Positions 8,957 to 17,950 of a stretch of DNA of 64,000 nt are shown here, one piece after another. The DNA is from Planctomycetota bacterium. Its GTDB lineage: Bacteria > Planctomycetota > PLA2 > JAEUHO01. Positions within the stretch are counted from its first letter, which is position 1, and every line of letters starts with the position of its first letter. The DNA lies in the NCBI GenBank assembly GCA_965223505.1, contig CBDCWP010000021.1:160001-224000 (forward strand). The letters run 5' to 3'. The position numbers and the translations under genes are program-made. The notes under the pieces were generated by a model, which had not been told where the DNA came from, searched no databases, and saw only the letters and a program-made list of their open reading frames with translations.

Positions 8957-10861
8957 GTGAAACAGGACCAATTCCTACAGGTCGCCTCGGTGGACGACGC
9001 GCGTACGCGTTGGTACGCGGCGCTCGCGCTCGATCCGCGCCCGGCGGAGCTCGTGCCGCTGGACCGGTCGCTGGGCCGCACCCTCGCCGAAGACATCGTC
9101 GCGCCCGGCGACGTTCCGGCGTTCGACCGCTCGAACGTCGACGGGTTCGCGGTGCGCGCCGCCGACACATTCGGTGCCGACGAGCGAACGCCCCGTCTGC
9201 TGCGGATCGCAGAGGAGTCGATCGATGCCGGTCACGCGCCGACGAAGGAGCTCGAAGCGGGGCACGCGGTCGTCATCGCGACCGGCGGCGTCGTACCGCG
9301 CGGCGCGGACGCCGTCGTCATGGTCGAAGACACGGAGACCGACGGCGACCTGGTGAAGGTCACGCGACCTGTATCGCCGGGAGGACGCATCAGTAACGCC
9401 GGCAGTGACATCACGCGCGGCGAGACGTTGCTGCGCGCGGGCCTGCGACTCTCCGCGCGCGAGACGGGAACGCTCGCGGCGTGCGGCGTCGACCCTGTCG
9501 CCTGTCGCGCACGGGTGCGCGTCGCCGTGCTCTCGACAGGCGATGAGATCGTCGCGCCCGGCACGACTTTGGCGCCGGGGCAGGTGCACGACGCGAACGC
9601 GACGCTGCTCGCCGACGCGATTCGCGAGCTCGGTGACGAAGCGCACGTGCTCGGCATCGCGCCTGACGACGCGGAGCCGTTGCGCCGGATGCTGCGCGAA
9701 GCGTGGGCGGACAGCGACGTGATCCTGCTCTCCGGCGGAACGAGCAAGGGCGGCGGCGACCTCTCGTACCGCGTGCTGGCCGAGGAGGCGGAGATCATCG
9801 TGCACGGCGTCGCGCTGAAGCCGGGCAAGCCGCTGTGCCTGGCGGCGTGGGACCGGAAACCGGTCGTGATCCTGCCGGGGTTCCCGACGTCCGCCATCTT
9901 CACCTTCCACGCGTTCGTCGTGCCCGTGCTCGGCAAGCTCGCGGGACGCGCCGGTTTGCCGGCGTCGACGATCCGCGCCAAGCTCTCCCGTCACATCCGC
10001 TCCGATCGGGGCCGCGCCGAATTCACGTTGGTCAGCCTCGTCGGCGGCGACGACGGCTGGGTCGCGTTCCCGATGGGCAAGGGCTCGGGCTCCGTCACCA
10101 CCTTCGCGCGCGCGGACGGCTTCTTCCAGGTCCCCGCGAACGTGGAGTACGTCGAAGCCGACGACGTGGTCGACGTCACGCTGCTCGGTCGCGACCTGCG
10201 CCCCGCGGCGCTGGTGATCGTGGGTAGCCACTGCACGGGCCTCGACGTGATCGTCGGCGACCTTTCGAAGACGCTGGGCGACGTCAAGGTGATCACCGTC
10301 GGCTCGCGCGGCGGCGTCGACGCGCTGCGCCATGGCGCCTGCGACATCGCGCCGGTGCATCTGTTCGACAAGGAACGCGGCACGTGGAACGAGTCGTTCG
10401 CGCCGCCGGGCACCCGGTTGCTGCGCGGCTACGGGCGAACCCAGGGCCTGGCATTTCGAGCGGAGCACGGCGACCACTTCTCCGGCGACGTCGAAGCCGC
10501 GTTCCTCCGCGCCGCGCGCGACGAGACGCTTCGGTTGGCGAACCGCAATCCTGCGAGCGGCACGCGCATCCTCGTCGAGGAGTTGCTGGGCGACGCGCCA
10601 AAGCCCGCGGGCTGGGCGACGTCGTACACGTCGCACACCGCCGTTGCCGCGTCGATCGCCCAGCGTCGCGCGGACTACGGCATCTGCCTCGCATCGGCCG
10701 CACGCAAGGCCGGACTCGAGTGGAGGCCCTGGCGTGCGGAGCAGTACGACTTCCTGGTGCCGGACGATCGCTGGACGTCTCCGGGCGTCACGGCGTTTCG
10801 CAAGACACTCGCGACGCCGAAGGTGCGCGCCGCCCTCGAGGACGCGGGGTTCGAGCTTTGA
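8957..10861 (+). CDS. moeA: molybdopterin metallotransferase MoeA fused to a periplasmic-binding-protein-like C-terminal domain
   Basis: PAFDRSNVDGFAV, STGDEI, SGGTSKG, KPGKP, GFPTS; C-terminal GSHC/NRNPASGTR PBP-like segment; alternative ATG at 8948. Confidence 0.9.
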   Translation: MKQDQFLQVASVDDARTRWYAALALDPRPAELVPLDRSLGRTLAEDIVAPGDVPAFDRSNVDGFAVRAADTFGADERTPRLLRIAEESIDAGHAPTKELEAGHAVVIATGGVVPRGADAVVMVEDTETDGDLVKVTRPVSPGGRISNAGSDITRGETLLRAGLRLSARETGTLAACGVDPVACRARVRVAVLSTGDEIVAPGTTLAPGQVHDANATLLADAIRELGDEAHVLGIAPDDAEPLRRMLREAWADSDVILLSGGTSKGGGDLSYRVLAEEAEIIVHGVALKPGKPLCLAAWDRKPVVILPGFPTSAIFTFHAFVVPVLGKLAGRAGLPASTIRAKLSRHIRSDRGRAEFTLVSLVGGDDGWVAFPMGKGSGSVTTFARADGFFQVPANVEYVEADDVVDVTLLGRDLRPAALVIVGSHCTGLDVIVGDLSKTLGDVKVITVGSRGGVDALRHGACDIAPVHLFDKERGTWNESFAPPGTRLLRGYGRTQGLAFRAEHGDHFSGDVEAAFLRAARDETLRLANRNPASGTRILVEELLGDAPKPAGWATSYTSHTAVAASIAQRRADYGICLASAARKAGLEWRPWRAEQYDFLVPDDRWTSPGVTAFRKTLATPKVRAALEDAGFEL

Positions 10862-11460
10862 TCCGCGGCGCGCTCGTTCTGTGCGGTGGTCACAGCACCC
10901 GCATGGGCGCGCCCAAGGCGCTGCTGCCGTTCGGCGAGGAGCTCATGTTGCAGCGCGTGGTGCGTCTCGTCTCGGAGGCCGTGACGGACGTCGTCGTGGT
11001 CGCGCGCCCCGGTCAGGAGATGCCGCCGCTTCCGAAACACGTGCGGGTCACCTACGACGAGATCCCCGATCAGGGTCCGCTCGGCGGCATCGCGCCGGGC
11101 CTGAAAGTCTCCCGCGCGGACGCGGTGTACGTAACCGGGTGCGACGTTCCGTTCTTGAGAACGGCCGTCGTCGACCTGCTCTTCGACCGGCTCGCGTCGA
11201 ACGACGTCGCCGTGTGCGAGACCGATGGGTTCACGCACCCGCTGGCGGCGGTCTATCGCGTCGGCGTGCTGCCCGTGGTCGAGAAGCTGCTGGCAACCGA
11301 GCGCCGGCGGCCGGTGTACCTCTTCGACCGGGTGCGGACGGTGCGCGTGAACGCGGCCGCGCTTCGGAAGGTCGATCCGAACCTCGACACGCTCGCGAAC
11401 CTGAACACACCGGAGGCCTACGAGGCGGCGCTGCAGTCGCTGTTGGGCGAGACGCCGTGA
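10858..11460 (+). CDS. mobA: molybdenum cofactor guanylyltransferase
   Basis: LCGGHSTRMGAPKALL, GPLGGI, CDVPF, NLNTPE; TTG overlaps the moeA stop. Confidence 0.9.
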   Translation: MIRGALVLCGGHSTRMGAPKALLPFGEELMLQRVVRLVSEAVTDVVVVARPGQEMPPLPKHVRVTYDEIPDQGPLGGIAPGLKVSRADAVYVTGCDVPFLRTAVVDLLFDRLASNDVAVCETDGFTHPLAAVYRVGVLPVVEKLLATERRRPVYLFDRVRTVRVNAAALRKVDPNLDTLANLNTPEAYEAALQSLLGETP

Positions 11461-11717
11461 TCCGGGTCGAGCTCTACGAGGTGGCGCGGCGGCTGGCAGG
11501 CGTCGCGAGCCTCGAGGTCGAAGCGTCGACCCTGGGCGAGGCGCTCCAGGCGGTCCGTTTGCGATACCCGGTGCTGGAGCCGGACGTGATCGTCGGCCGG
11601 CGCCTGGCGCCGCAGTGGCGCGCCAGCCGCAACGGCCGCGAGTGGATCGAGGATCCGGACACCCCGCTCGAGGTCGGTGACGCGCTCGTGCTCGTGAGCG
11701 CCTTGGCGGGCGGGTAG
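11457..11717 (+). CDS. moaD: MoaD/ThiS sulfur carrier
   Basis: 86 aa ubiquitin-like protein ending ALAGG; GTGA overlap with mobA. Confidence 0.85.
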   Translation: MIRVELYEVARRLAGVASLEVEASTLGEALQAVRLRYPVLEPDVIVGRRLAPQWRASRNGREWIEDPDTPLEVGDALVLVSALAGG

Positions 11718-11771
11718 CGGGAAGTCGAACGCGCTCCCGGCGTCCAAGTCGATGGTCACTGGGAGAGTCGC

Positions 11772-12653
11772 ATGCCGTCCAAGAGCGTCCTTGGTTGTGT
11801 TCTGTGTTGCGGGGCCGTCGCAGGGTTCCTCGCTTCGGCCTTCGTGCCGTGGGCGCCGGCCCACGCGGATGACGAGGAAACGGCGCGGCTGTACGTCAAC
11901 TGCCCCGAGGCCTCGGTGCAGCCGATCGTCGACTTCGTCGCGGAGCGGGGCGGCATAGTGCACGACATGGATTCGTTCAAGCGCCTGTTCGCGTCGCGGA
12001 GAGTCCCGCTGTTGCCGCCGCTGCAGTCGGGTGTCGACGTCATCACCGCGATCTACGAGTCTCTTGCCGCGGCCCGGCAAGAGGGCGAGGTGCTCGACGT
12101 CACGAGCTTGCACGTCCGCGAGCGACGGTTCCGCCTCACGGTGCGCATGTCGAGCTACGAGACGGCCGATGCGCTGCGCACGGCGCTCAACACCAACCCC
12201 TACCTGAGACACCGCATGGGGGAGGGCAACCGCGTCGAGCTCGGCAGCTCGTCGCGCACCAAGGACGGGCACGTCAAGCAGGACATCGCCGCGAAGCTGC
12301 CCGAGTCGGTCGGGGACGTCAGGGTTCCCGAGATCGTGCCGGACGTGAGCATTCGCGTCGCGGACGTCGACCGGATCGCCCTGAAGACCGACCTGCGTCT
12401 GATGCAGGCGGGCCCGGAGCGGCGCGATGCGAATCGAAGCCTCGGCGTGATGACGATCTCGCGTGAGTTCGTCTACGAGGCGACCGAGCTGGTGCGCCTG
12501 CGCGCGTTTCTCAAGCTGCTCGCCGAGCACCCGGACTTCACGGTGATCGACGTCCGCTTCACGATCGACGAGAAGGAATCGACGGCCGAGCGCCTGCTGG
12601 TCGGGAAGTCGACGGTGCGCGTCGCGCGCTACGGAGCCAATCCGCCGAAGTAG
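11772..12653 (+). CDS. exported hypothetical protein, paralog of the next gene
   Basis: signal peptide (AHA-D); shares CxxxxVQxIVDFVxxxGGxVHD with 12684..13559. Confidence 0.65.
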   Translation: MPSKSVLGCVLCCGAVAGFLASAFVPWAPAHADDEETARLYVNCPEASVQPIVDFVAERGGIVHDMDSFKRLFASRRVPLLPPLQSGVDVITAIYESLAAARQEGEVLDVTSLHVRERRFRLTVRMSSYETADALRTALNTNPYLRHRMGEGNRVELGSSSRTKDGHVKQDIAAKLPESVGDVRVPEIVPDVSIRVADVDRIALKTDLRLMQAGPERRDANRSLGVMTISREFVYEATELVRLRAFLKLLAEHPDFTVIDVRFTIDEKESTAERLLVGKSTVRVARYGANPPK

Positions 12654-12683
12654 GCGCGAGCTGCGACGTCCGCGGAGGGACGC

Positions 12684-13559
12684 ATGGGAAGGCATACGGT
12701 GCTCGCGCTCACGGCGGCAACGGCGCTCGCTCTCGTGGTGCTCGCCCCGAGCTGGTTGGACCGCTCCGCGGATGCGGACGGACAGCCGTCGACCGAGCTG
12801 GTCGTTCGGTGTGCACCCGACCGAGTGCAGTCGATCGTCGACTTCGTGACCCGGCAAGGCGGCACGGTGCACGACCGCGCGACCCTGGAGCCGCTGCGCG
12901 CGAGGGCACGCGGAGCCGCGCCCGGACTGCCGGCGATCAGGTCGATCATCCCGGTCTGGGACGGCCTGCACGAGACGCTCTCCGTCGTCAACGCAAGCGC
13001 CGGTCGGCATCCGGTCTCGCTCTCCCACGTGGACATCCAGGACCGTCGCATGCAGCTCACGGTCGAGACGCAAGACCGGAGTCTGATCGACGCGCTTCAA
13101 CGGGCCCTGCTGAAGCACCCGGTCGTCGCGGCGCGCGTCGCCGGCGCCAACCGTCCCGTCGAGCGCGCTACCGCGAGGAAGGACCGGAGCGGATCGTGGC
13201 GCGCCGACCTCACGGTTCATTTCGGGCGACCTGCCGAAGCGAAGCCGCCGACAGAGGACGCCGAGAGGACGATTCGCCTCGATGATCTGAAGACGGCATC
13301 CAAGCGTGCCGGGGTCGAGCTGATCTACGCGTCGAACGAGCACCTCGAGGCACATCGGCGCACCGGCCTCGCCACGATCTGGCGCGCGGTCACATACGCA
13401 CGCGTGGAGTCCGACGGTCTGCAATCGCTCTTGCGCGAACTCGAGTCGATCCGCGGCGTGAGCGTCGCCGTGCTTCGCGTTTCGGTCGATCCGGAGGGCG
13501 CCGCCGCGTTCGAGAAGGTCAACGTCCGCGTGGCCAGACGCATCCACTGGCGGGACTGA
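12684..13559 (+). CDS. exported or membrane-anchored hypothetical protein, paralog of the previous gene
   Basis: GGAGG RBS; N-terminal hydrophobic helix; shared motifs. Confidence 0.65.
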   Translation: MGRHTVLALTAATALALVVLAPSWLDRSADADGQPSTELVVRCAPDRVQSIVDFVTRQGGTVHDRATLEPLRARARGAAPGLPAIRSIIPVWDGLHETLSVVNASAGRHPVSLSHVDIQDRRMQLTVETQDRSLIDALQRALLKHPVVAARVAGANRPVERATARKDRSGSWRADLTVHFGRPAEAKPPTEDAERTIRLDDLKTASKRAGVELIYASNEHLEAHRRTGLATIWRAVTYARVESDGLQSLLRELESIRGVSVAVLRVSVDPEGAAAFEKVNVRVARRIHWRD

Positions 13560-13678
13560 GTTCCTGACGAACACGTGTCGATTGAAATCGCAGCGTTCGA
13601 CGTTGCGCGCCCGCGGCTATGCTGGTCCGGGGCAAGCGGCTACGTGAGGTGGTTGGAGCGCTCGACGTCTCGACCCGC

Positions 13679-15793
13679 ATGGTGCACGCGCAACGGAACC
13701 ACCGACGACCGAACCGGGGTCTGCTCGCCCTGGGACTCGCCGCTGCGCTTCTCACGGCGCTGCTCGGCTGCGGCGACGGCGAGCTCGATTTCGTCTTGCC
13801 CTCGGACGCCGTCTTCTCGGTCACCAACCCGGCGGGGATGCCCGTCGCCGGCGCGACCGTCTTCCTGGTGCCGGCATCGGATATCGACACCGGTGACGTC
13901 ACCGGAAACGACGTTCTCTCCGGCGCCGCCGAGACCCGCGACGAACCGCTCGAAGACGCCGTTCGCCTGCGCGGCGCCTCGTACCCGCGGGGCGTCACCG
14001 ACGCCGGCGGTCGCGTCCTCATCGCCGACGTTCCGTTCGGCACCTACTTCTGGTTCGTCCTGCCCGCGGCCGGCGACACCGAGCACCTTCCCGGTGGCGA
14101 AGGCTGCCGGCTCGCCCGGCAGAGCACGACGTTCCTGGGCACGACCACGTCGATCCGCCTCACGTCGCAGCCCTCCGCTGCGGCGGCCTTCGTCGGATCC
14201 ACGACCTGTCTGGCTTGTCACAGCGCGCACGGCGGCTTTCGTCAGCACGCACATCGACTCGCCTTCACGGTGCCGGGGCAGCTCTCGGCGCTGCAGGACG
14301 CGACGCGCTACCCGAACATCCAGGGCGGCTGGGCGACGTTCCTTCCCGCCGCCGTTCACACCGGCGGCACGCCCGTCTACTTCTCGGACTTCGACGGCGG
14401 GCGCGAAACCGACAAGTTCAAGACGTCGCTCAGCGATCCGCGCCCGGCCGAGACGCTCTTCGTGATCGCGTGGCTCTGGCGGGACACCGCGGACAACCGC
14501 TTCAAGATCACGCTCGAGAACGTCATCAACGCGATCGATCCACCGCGAACGCTCGTCGTCGAGCTGACCTACGGCGGGCCGTTGCACATGCAGCGCAGTC
14601 TCGTGAGCGTCCCGGGGCGCAACGGACGCTACCCACTGCTCCAGTGGCAGTCGGAAGGCGACGAGACGAAGTTCGACCGAACGCGCAAGGTGTTCCGCGA
14701 CTACCGACTCGACTCGTTCTGGAGCGCGGGCACGCAGACGTTCACCGACCCGCCGGTCGATACCGCCTTCGAGGGCAACTGCACCGGCTGTCACTCGAAC
14801 GGGTTCGAGCGCTTTCGGGACCCGGGCACCAACGAGTGGCTGTCGCGCGCCGTGTCCGACGTCGGCGGCGCTTTCGACATCGACGGCGACGGACCCGCCG
14901 ACGAGATCAACCTCGGCTGCGAGACCTGCCACGGCGCCGGCTCGGAGCACGTGGCCTGGGCGCAGGCCAACCCCGTCTCGTCGGCCGCGCGGTTCATCGT
15001 GTCGAACGCGTACTTGAGCCCGTCACGCGACATGCAGGTGTGCGGCCGCTGCCACGACCGCGTCGTCGGCAACGGCCCGCATCCCACGGGCGAGCCGCTC
15101 GATCCGCAGGGGCGGCGCGCCCGGCCCGGCATCAGCCGCATGCAGTTCCTCGCAAACCACGTCACGCGCAAGGGGCCCGATGCGGCCGACTATTGGAACG
15201 ACGACCTGCACAGCCGCAACCACTACCAGCAGTACGCCGACATGTTGAAGTCGAAGAAACACAGGAACGACCGCATCCTCACCACGTGCACGGACTGCCA
15301 CGAGAGCCACGGCAACGGCCCCTTCGTGCGGCATCTGCGCGCGGATCCCTCCGACGCGAACAGCGCGCTGTGCCAGCAGTGCCACCTGACCGACCACTTC
15401 CAACACATGTTCGACGAGACCGGCACGACCCACGCGGGCGACGCGACGACCTGCGTGCGCTGCCACCAGACATGGGCATCGCGCGCGGGCGCCGGACGGT
15501 ACGGGATCATCATCACCGGCGCCACCGGCACGGCGCTCGACCTTCAACGGACGTACTTCCAGAACGACCGACGCAGCCACCTCTTCCTCGGCGTACCGGG
15601 AAGACTGCATCCCGATGTCGCGGGCGTGCTTCCGGCGTTCGCCATGCCGATCCCGTTCACGAACGAGTGCGGGGCGGGCTGCCACAGCGTCGTCAATCTG
15701 CAGAACCTCAAACCGACAAACGGCGTCGAGATCGACGTCTCGCGCCGCCCGTTGCCGGACCTGGGACGGGGTGCATCGGGAGACGACCGATGA
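13679..15793 (+). CDS. multiheme c-type cytochrome lipoprotein (7 CxxCH + 1 CxxxCH) with N-terminal beta-sandwich
   Basis: lipobox LLGC; CLACH, CTGCH, CETCH, CGRCH, CTDCH, CQQCH, CVRCH, CGAGCH. Confidence 0.9.
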   Translation: MVHAQRNHRRPNRGLLALGLAAALLTALLGCGDGELDFVLPSDAVFSVTNPAGMPVAGATVFLVPASDIDTGDVTGNDVLSGAAETRDEPLEDAVRLRGASYPRGVTDAGGRVLIADVPFGTYFWFVLPAAGDTEHLPGGEGCRLARQSTTFLGTTTSIRLTSQPSAAAAFVGSTTCLACHSAHGGFRQHAHRLAFTVPGQLSALQDATRYPNIQGGWATFLPAAVHTGGTPVYFSDFDGGRETDKFKTSLSDPRPAETLFVIAWLWRDTADNRFKITLENVINAIDPPRTLVVELTYGGPLHMQRSLVSVPGRNGRYPLLQWQSEGDETKFDRTRKVFRDYRLDSFWSAGTQTFTDPPVDTAFEGNCTGCHSNGFERFRDPGTNEWLSRAVSDVGGAFDIDGDGPADEINLGCETCHGAGSEHVAWAQANPVSSAARFIVSNAYLSPSRDMQVCGRCHDRVVGNGPHPTGEPLDPQGRRARPGISRMQFLANHVTRKGPDAADYWNDDLHSRNHYQQYADMLKSKKHRNDRILTTCTDCHESHGNGPFVRHLRADPSDANSALCQQCHLTDHFQHMFDETGTTHAGDATTCVRCHQTWASRAGAGRYGIIITGATGTALDLQRTYFQNDRRSHLFLGVPGRLHPDVAGVLPAFAMPIPFTNECGAGCHSVVNLQNLKPTNGVEIDVSRRPLPDLGRGASGDDR

Positions 15794-16410
15794 TCCGCGT
15801 TTGTCTGCTCCTTTGCGCGACGTCGGCCGTGGTGGCCAACCTCTTGCCCGCGTCGCGCCATGCTCCCGCCGCGGCCGACGAAGAGAAACCGTGCTTCATC
15901 GGCGCCGCGAAATGCAAGCACTGCCACTTCCGGCATCACAAGACGTGGAAGCAAAGCGGCCTCGCCCAGGCGTTCGAGGCGCTGAAGCCGGGCGCGGCCG
16001 CCGAGAAGAAGAGGTCGAGCGGGCTGGACGTGAAGAAGGACTACACGAAGGACCCGAAGTGCCTGAAGTGCCACACGACCGGCTACGGCACCCCCACCGG
16101 CTATCCCGTGCCGGTGGCCGATGGGTGGACGGCCGAAGAGCAAGAGCGCGCGAAGATCAATGAAGGCGTGACGTGCGAGGTCTGCCACGGCCCGGGCAGC
16201 CTCTACGCGCCCTACAAGCGCAAACACAAGGACTACAAGCGCTCCGCCATCGTCGAGCGCGGCGCGATCGCGCCGGTGTCGTCCAAGACGTGCGACCAGT
16301 GCCACGTGCGCGAGTGTCCGACGATGGGGTCCGACTACCGTTTCGACTTCGCCGCCAAGCGCCGCTCGAAGCGCATTCACTCACGCGTGCGGCTCAAACA
16401 CCCGCACTGA
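15790..16410 (+). CDS. tetraheme cytochrome c554-like periplasmic protein
   Basis: signal peptide; FIGAAKCKHCH, CLKCHTTG, CEVCHGPGS, CDQCH; ATGA overlap. Confidence 0.9.
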   Translation: MIRVCLLLCATSAVVANLLPASRHAPAAADEEKPCFIGAAKCKHCHFRHHKTWKQSGLAQAFEALKPGAAAEKKRSSGLDVKKDYTKDPKCLKCHTTGYGTPTGYPVPVADGWTAEEQERAKINEGVTCEVCHGPGSLYAPYKRKHKDYKRSAIVERGAIAPVSSKTCDQCHVRECPTMGSDYRFDFAAKRRSKRIHSRVRLKHPH

Positions 16411-16426
16411 GGAGAGAACCCACCCG

Positions 16427-17950
16427 TTGACCCGGCACGCCCCCCTGCCGCTTCGCGTCGTCTGTGCCTTCCTCGCCCTCGCCGCCGGCGCGCTGGCCGC
16501 GACGGCCGACGACGACCTGCCGGCGCCGGTCCAACCGCCGCCGCCGACGCCCCTGGAGGCCGAGTCGCCTGGCGAAGCCGACAGCGAGGACGTCGCCGAC
16601 GACGACGAGGAAGCGATCCTCGACGAGACGTTCGACGAGGAACCGCTCGGCGCGTTCGACGAGGACGAGCTTCCGGTCCTGACCGCCGCACCGCCAAGGC
16701 TCACCTTCTCCGAGCTGTTTCACGGCTCGATCCGGGTGCGCTACCACGGCCGCTTCACGGGCAGTGACTCGGACAACGACGGGTTTGCGTATCTGCGCCT
16801 GAACTTCCGCGACGAGGACGACGTCGGTCTCTCGGGCTCGTTCTACGGCCGCCTGAGCCACGACATCGACGGGCACGGCGACGACGGCAGCTTCTTCGTC
16901 TTCGACTCGGTCACCGACTCGTTCACGCACCGCGTGAACGGACGCGTCTACCACGCCTACGTGGACTACCGCCCGTGTTGCGGAACGCCCCTCAACCGTG
17001 TCCGTGTCGGCCGGCAGCAGATCGACGGCGGCGAGTTCTTCCTCATGGACGGCGTCCACGTGCGCCTGAGCGAGTACGGACTCCGCCGGGTGCAACTTTC
17101 GGTGTTCGGCGGCGTTCCCACGCACCTGTTCGAAGGCTCGCCGGACGGCGACGTCATCGCCGGGGCGTCGCTCTCCGTGCGACCCTGGGGCGGCGCCGAG
17201 GCGCGCGCGGACTTCGTGTACCTCGAAGACGACAACCAGTTCTACGGCGAGGTCGAGAACGATCTGTTGACCCTGTCACTGCGGCAGACCGTCGGCCCGT
17301 TCGCGACGGCGCGCGCCTCCTACCAGCACTTCAACGGCGAACCGCGGTACGGCGCTTTCGCGTTCGACGCGTATCTGCCGAGGCGCCGCGCGCTCGTCCG
17401 CGGTGCGTTCCGGGGCCTGTTCACCGCGCAGAACGAGCAGGTGTTCGACCTCGACCCGTTCTTCGCCGTTGCGCAGCGGCTCGAGCCGTACTTCGACGCG
17501 CACCTGGCCGTCTCGAAGGAGCTCGGACGCTGCTTCCACGTCGAAGGCGGGATCGCGACGCGCCGGCTCTTCGACGACGCCGACGAGGGCACGTTCAATC
17601 GCGAGTACCAGCGCTACCACCTGAGCCTCTCGTCGTTCGATTGGCCGTGCCACGCGTTGTCCATGTCGCTCACCGGCGAATGGTGGCAGGGCGACGAAGA
17701 CATCGCGTCCGTGACGTTCGATCTCGACTACAGGCCGAGCGAGCGCTGGCGCATTCGCGCGGGAACGGACTTCGCACTGTATCGATTCGACTTCTTTGGC
17801 AACCGCGAACGGCAGAACGCACGCGGCGTGTTCGTACGCGCGACGTACCGGCCCGGCGAGCGTTGGCGCTTCGACGGACGGGTGCGCGTCGACCACGACG
17901 ACTTCGACACGTACACGACCGTTCGGTTCGGCGCGGAGATGGACTTCTGA
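16427..17950 (+). CDS. outer-membrane beta-barrel, putative porin of a porin-cytochrome complex
   Basis: GAGGAG RBS; signal peptide; acidic N-terminal extension; many aromatic-rich alternating strands; ends GAEMDF. Confidence 0.8.
   Translation: MTRHAPLPLRVVCAFLALAAGALAATADDDLPAPVQPPPPTPLEAESPGEADSEDVADDDEEAILDETFDEEPLGAFDEDELPVLTAAPPRLTFSELFHGSIRVRYHGRFTGSDSDNDGFAYLRLNFRDEDDVGLSGSFYGRLSHDIDGHGDDGSFFVFDSVTDSFTHRVNGRVYHAYVDYRPCCGTPLNRVRVGRQQIDGGEFFLMDGVHVRLSEYGLRRVQLSVFGGVPTHLFEGSPDGDVIAGASLSVRPWGGAEARADFVYLEDDNQFYGEVENDLLTLSLRQTVGPFATARASYQHFNGEPRYGAFAFDAYLPRRRALVRGAFRGLFTAQNEQVFDLDPFFAVAQRLEPYFDAHLAVSKELGRCFHVEGGIATRRLFDDADEGTFNREYQRYHLSLSSFDWPCHALSMSLTGEWWQGDEDIASVTFDLDYRPSERWRIRAGTDFALYRFDFFGNRERQNARGVFVRATYRPGERWRFDGRVRVDHDDFDTYTTVRFGAEMDF

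Noticed and set aside
13679..16410. HAO/c554 ammonia-oxidation or anammox module
   Set aside because: Heme spacing and lipoprotein signal do not clearly match HAO; no amo, cycB or hzs genes; the c554-like motif is widespread
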